Part shown: one piece after another, positions 54,321 through 56,021 of the stretch
Position numbering within the stretch: the stretch's first letter is position 1
How the letters are laid out: every line of letters starts with the position of its first letter
Virus record (IMG/VR): IMGVR_UViG_3300017766_005490
Span: 1 to 56,021 of that record
Length of the DNA stretch: 56,021 bases
Strand: one strand, 5' to 3'
DNA from: a virus
Taxonomy: Duplodnaviria > Caudoviricetes
The notes under the pieces: model-generated
Told to the model about the DNA's origin: nothing
The model's input: only the letters and a program-made list of their open reading frames with translations
The model's database searches: none
Position numbers and translations under genes: made by a program

Positions 54321-54566
54321 TTACGTATTTGATACAGAATCTACAAAAAAGCATGCCCACTGACGCCAACCTTCGTTGTCGTTGTAAGAAATATTGGTTG
54401 GAAAGGGTATGCTAGTTAAAGAATTTAAATTAATGAGTTGTTGGGCCCATTTTTTCCATTCAGCTTCTGATTCTGGATTGGGAATATCAAAATTAGGCAA
54501 ATCATTTTTTATTTGGTTTGCCCAATCCATAAAATCAATTTTTATTGGCAAAACAGGAAAAGCCAT
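54321..54566 (-). CDS. Small Trp-rich tail-cluster protein
   Basis: DWA, EWKKWA and WRQWA motifs; TAATG coupling to the nozzle gene. Confidence 0.6.
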   Translation of the reverse strand: MAFPVLPIKIDFMDWANQIKNDLPNFDIPNPESEAEWKKWAQQLINLNSLTSIPFPTNISYNDNEGWRQWACFFVDSVSNT

Positions 54567-56021
54567 TATTTAATCTCATTTCCAATGGTATAGTTCATTA
54601 AAGTTTTTCCCATTTGGTAATATCCTCCTTGAACATTGCTTCTAAAAATAAAATTAACAATTGAACCTTGAGCATTAATATTATCAACAAATGGTGTATT
54701 GTTTTGAAATGGAAAAGGGCCTTGCTGAACAGGTGTTTCAGCTGGGTAATTTTGGGTTGAAACGATTACATCCATTTGACCATTTTGGATAAAATCAGGC
54801 TGAATTCGGCGCGTGTAAATCATATTTGTGTTTTGTGGATCGTTTGAAAACAAATCAATTAAATGGGTTTGAAACCATGACTCAATGGCGTAATTTTTGC
54901 GATTAATAACTTTATCTAAACCAGTTTCGTGCAACCAAATTGGGTAGGTTTGAGTAATGCTAATAGGTGTTGGCGTTGAAACTGTGGCAGAATCAGCTAA
55001 AACGGGTCTTGAAAACGTATCTGGAATAATGCCAGAAGCTCGGTTTATGTCTGTGTCATACCAAATTTGATCTTTTACGTTAAAAATAACAGCTGCATTA
55101 CATTCAAGAGAATCTCCTTTAGGGTAAAACCACCAAATTTCATCATATCGAGGGTTTACAATTCCAAAAATTTTAGCCGCTTGATCATAGTTTAAATTAT
55201 TAAAAAAATAGTCAGAACACATGGTATTGTCTAGTTTGTTGACTATGCCATTAAAATAAAAAAATTGGTTTGCACCTATCCAAAAAAACATTTGGTTATA
55301 CTGCACAACTGAATTTGGAGCTAAGATGCTTATATCGCTTTGAATAGTTTCGTAACCAAAAGTTTCAACATCGTTTACAATTGTATACGTAAGCCGAATA
55401 AGGCTGTTTAATGACCATAGCAATACGGCGGGAGATGATCCCCCACGGGTAATATTAGTACCAGATCGTGCGGGCATGCCTTTAACAATTTTTGTATTTC
55501 CAACTACTAAAAAATTTTTTGATGTATCCCAAGTAGTTACATCACCTTCATTAGACCAATACACAACGCCATCGTTTCCAAAAGCTAATAAAAATGGGGA
55601 TACAAAAACAATACCGCCGCTTACTTGAACAACGTGCGACGGGTTTTGTTCATTAACATCTGTTACAGGTTGCAACACATTTAAATTTGTTGATGATCCG
55701 TAAAAAACAGTTCCGTTTATGGTATTTGCAATACCTAAATTGTTAGGCGCACAATGAGCTGTTATGTAAGACTCAACAACTCCTTCTACTTGAGTTGTGA
55801 ATAAATCCATGGACCATTTGTTGTTTGGATCAATAGTTAATGTGCTAGGAGTTCTGGTGATTTCAGCATCTCCAAAACCTTGATTATTAATTGTAAAAAC
55901 ACTTAAAGAATTAGCACGACCTAAATACAAATCTACTAAATTTCCTGGCTTAGCCACAGAAAACATGGAATTAACAATGCCGCTAATTGGTTGCTCGTTA
56001 TAGGTTGAATTAGATTGTCCC
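54566..56021 (-). CDS. Tail nozzle/tubular-B-like protein (3' part; starts at 272 across the origin)
   Basis: Beta-propeller-like; FFW.G..QF..FNG.V..L, N.RY.EIWWFYP, WYDT and RI.PDF.Q.G motifs. Confidence 0.75.
   Translation of the reverse strand, partial: GQSNSTYNEQPISGIVNSMFSVAKPGNLVDLYLGRANSLSVFTINNQGFGDAEITRTPSTLTIDPNNKWSMDLFTTQVEGVVESYITAHCAPNNLGIANTINGTVFYGSSTNLNVLQPVTDVNEQNPSHVVQVSGGIVFVSPFLLAFGNDGVVYWSNEGDVTTWDTSKNFLVVGNTKIVKGMPARSGTNITRGGSSPAVLLWSLNSLIRLTYTIVNDVETFGYETIQSDISILAPNSVVQYNQMFFWIGANQFFYFNGIVNKLDNTMCSDYFFNNLNYDQAAKIFGIVNPRYDEIWWFYPKGDSLECNAAVIFNVKDQIWYDTDINRASGIIPDTFSRPVLADSATVSTPTPISITQTYPIWLHETGLDKVINRKNYAIESWFQTHLIDLFSNDPQNTNMIYTRRIQPDFIQNGQMDVIVSTQNYPAETPVQQGPFPFQNNTPFVDNINAQGSIVNFIFRSNVQGGYYQMGKTLMNYTIGNEIK
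55899..56021. repeat. Terminal direct repeat (circular assembly overlap), copy 2
   Basis: Exact copy of 1-123. Confidence 0.97.

Overview
The window is an apparently complete, circularly permuted genome (55,898 bp; bases 1-123 repeat exactly at 55899-56021) of an AT-rich tailed dsDNA phage with podovirus-like architecture. A minus-strand virion block holds the large terminase, portal, GroES-like co-chaperonin, scaffold, major capsid protein, decoration proteins, adaptor/nozzle, tail fibres and four ejection-type proteins. The rest (about 22-47 kb) is accessory and replication DNA: a wHTH replication-initiator-like gene beside a repeat-rich putative origin, YqaJ/RecT, SSB, VRR-NUC, MucR, a GH108 lysin, a serine resolvase, a 2OG-Fe(II) oxygenase, an orphan AAA ATPase, two orphan HipA-N/HTH genes and two atypical tRNA-like genes. 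I could not recognise a tyrosine or large serine integrase, CI repressor, ParA, polymerase, primase or helicase. MucR, the alphaproteobacterial-type SSB, the WGR gene, an ankyrin-like gene and signal-peptide proteins suggest an intracellular alphaproteobacterial host (Holosporales/Rickettsiales-like; inference). The most notable observations are: (1) a plus-strand array of pentapeptide-repeat genes and small, mostly acidic ORFs, punctuated by a conserved GGGGG/CCCCC hairpin-RBS element; (2) a near-identical free-standing copy of a capsid-gene fragment; (3) several promoter-sRNA-terminator units, one complementary to the rep leader; (4) non-canonical tRNAs. All functional calls come from motif recognition by eye, with no database searches.
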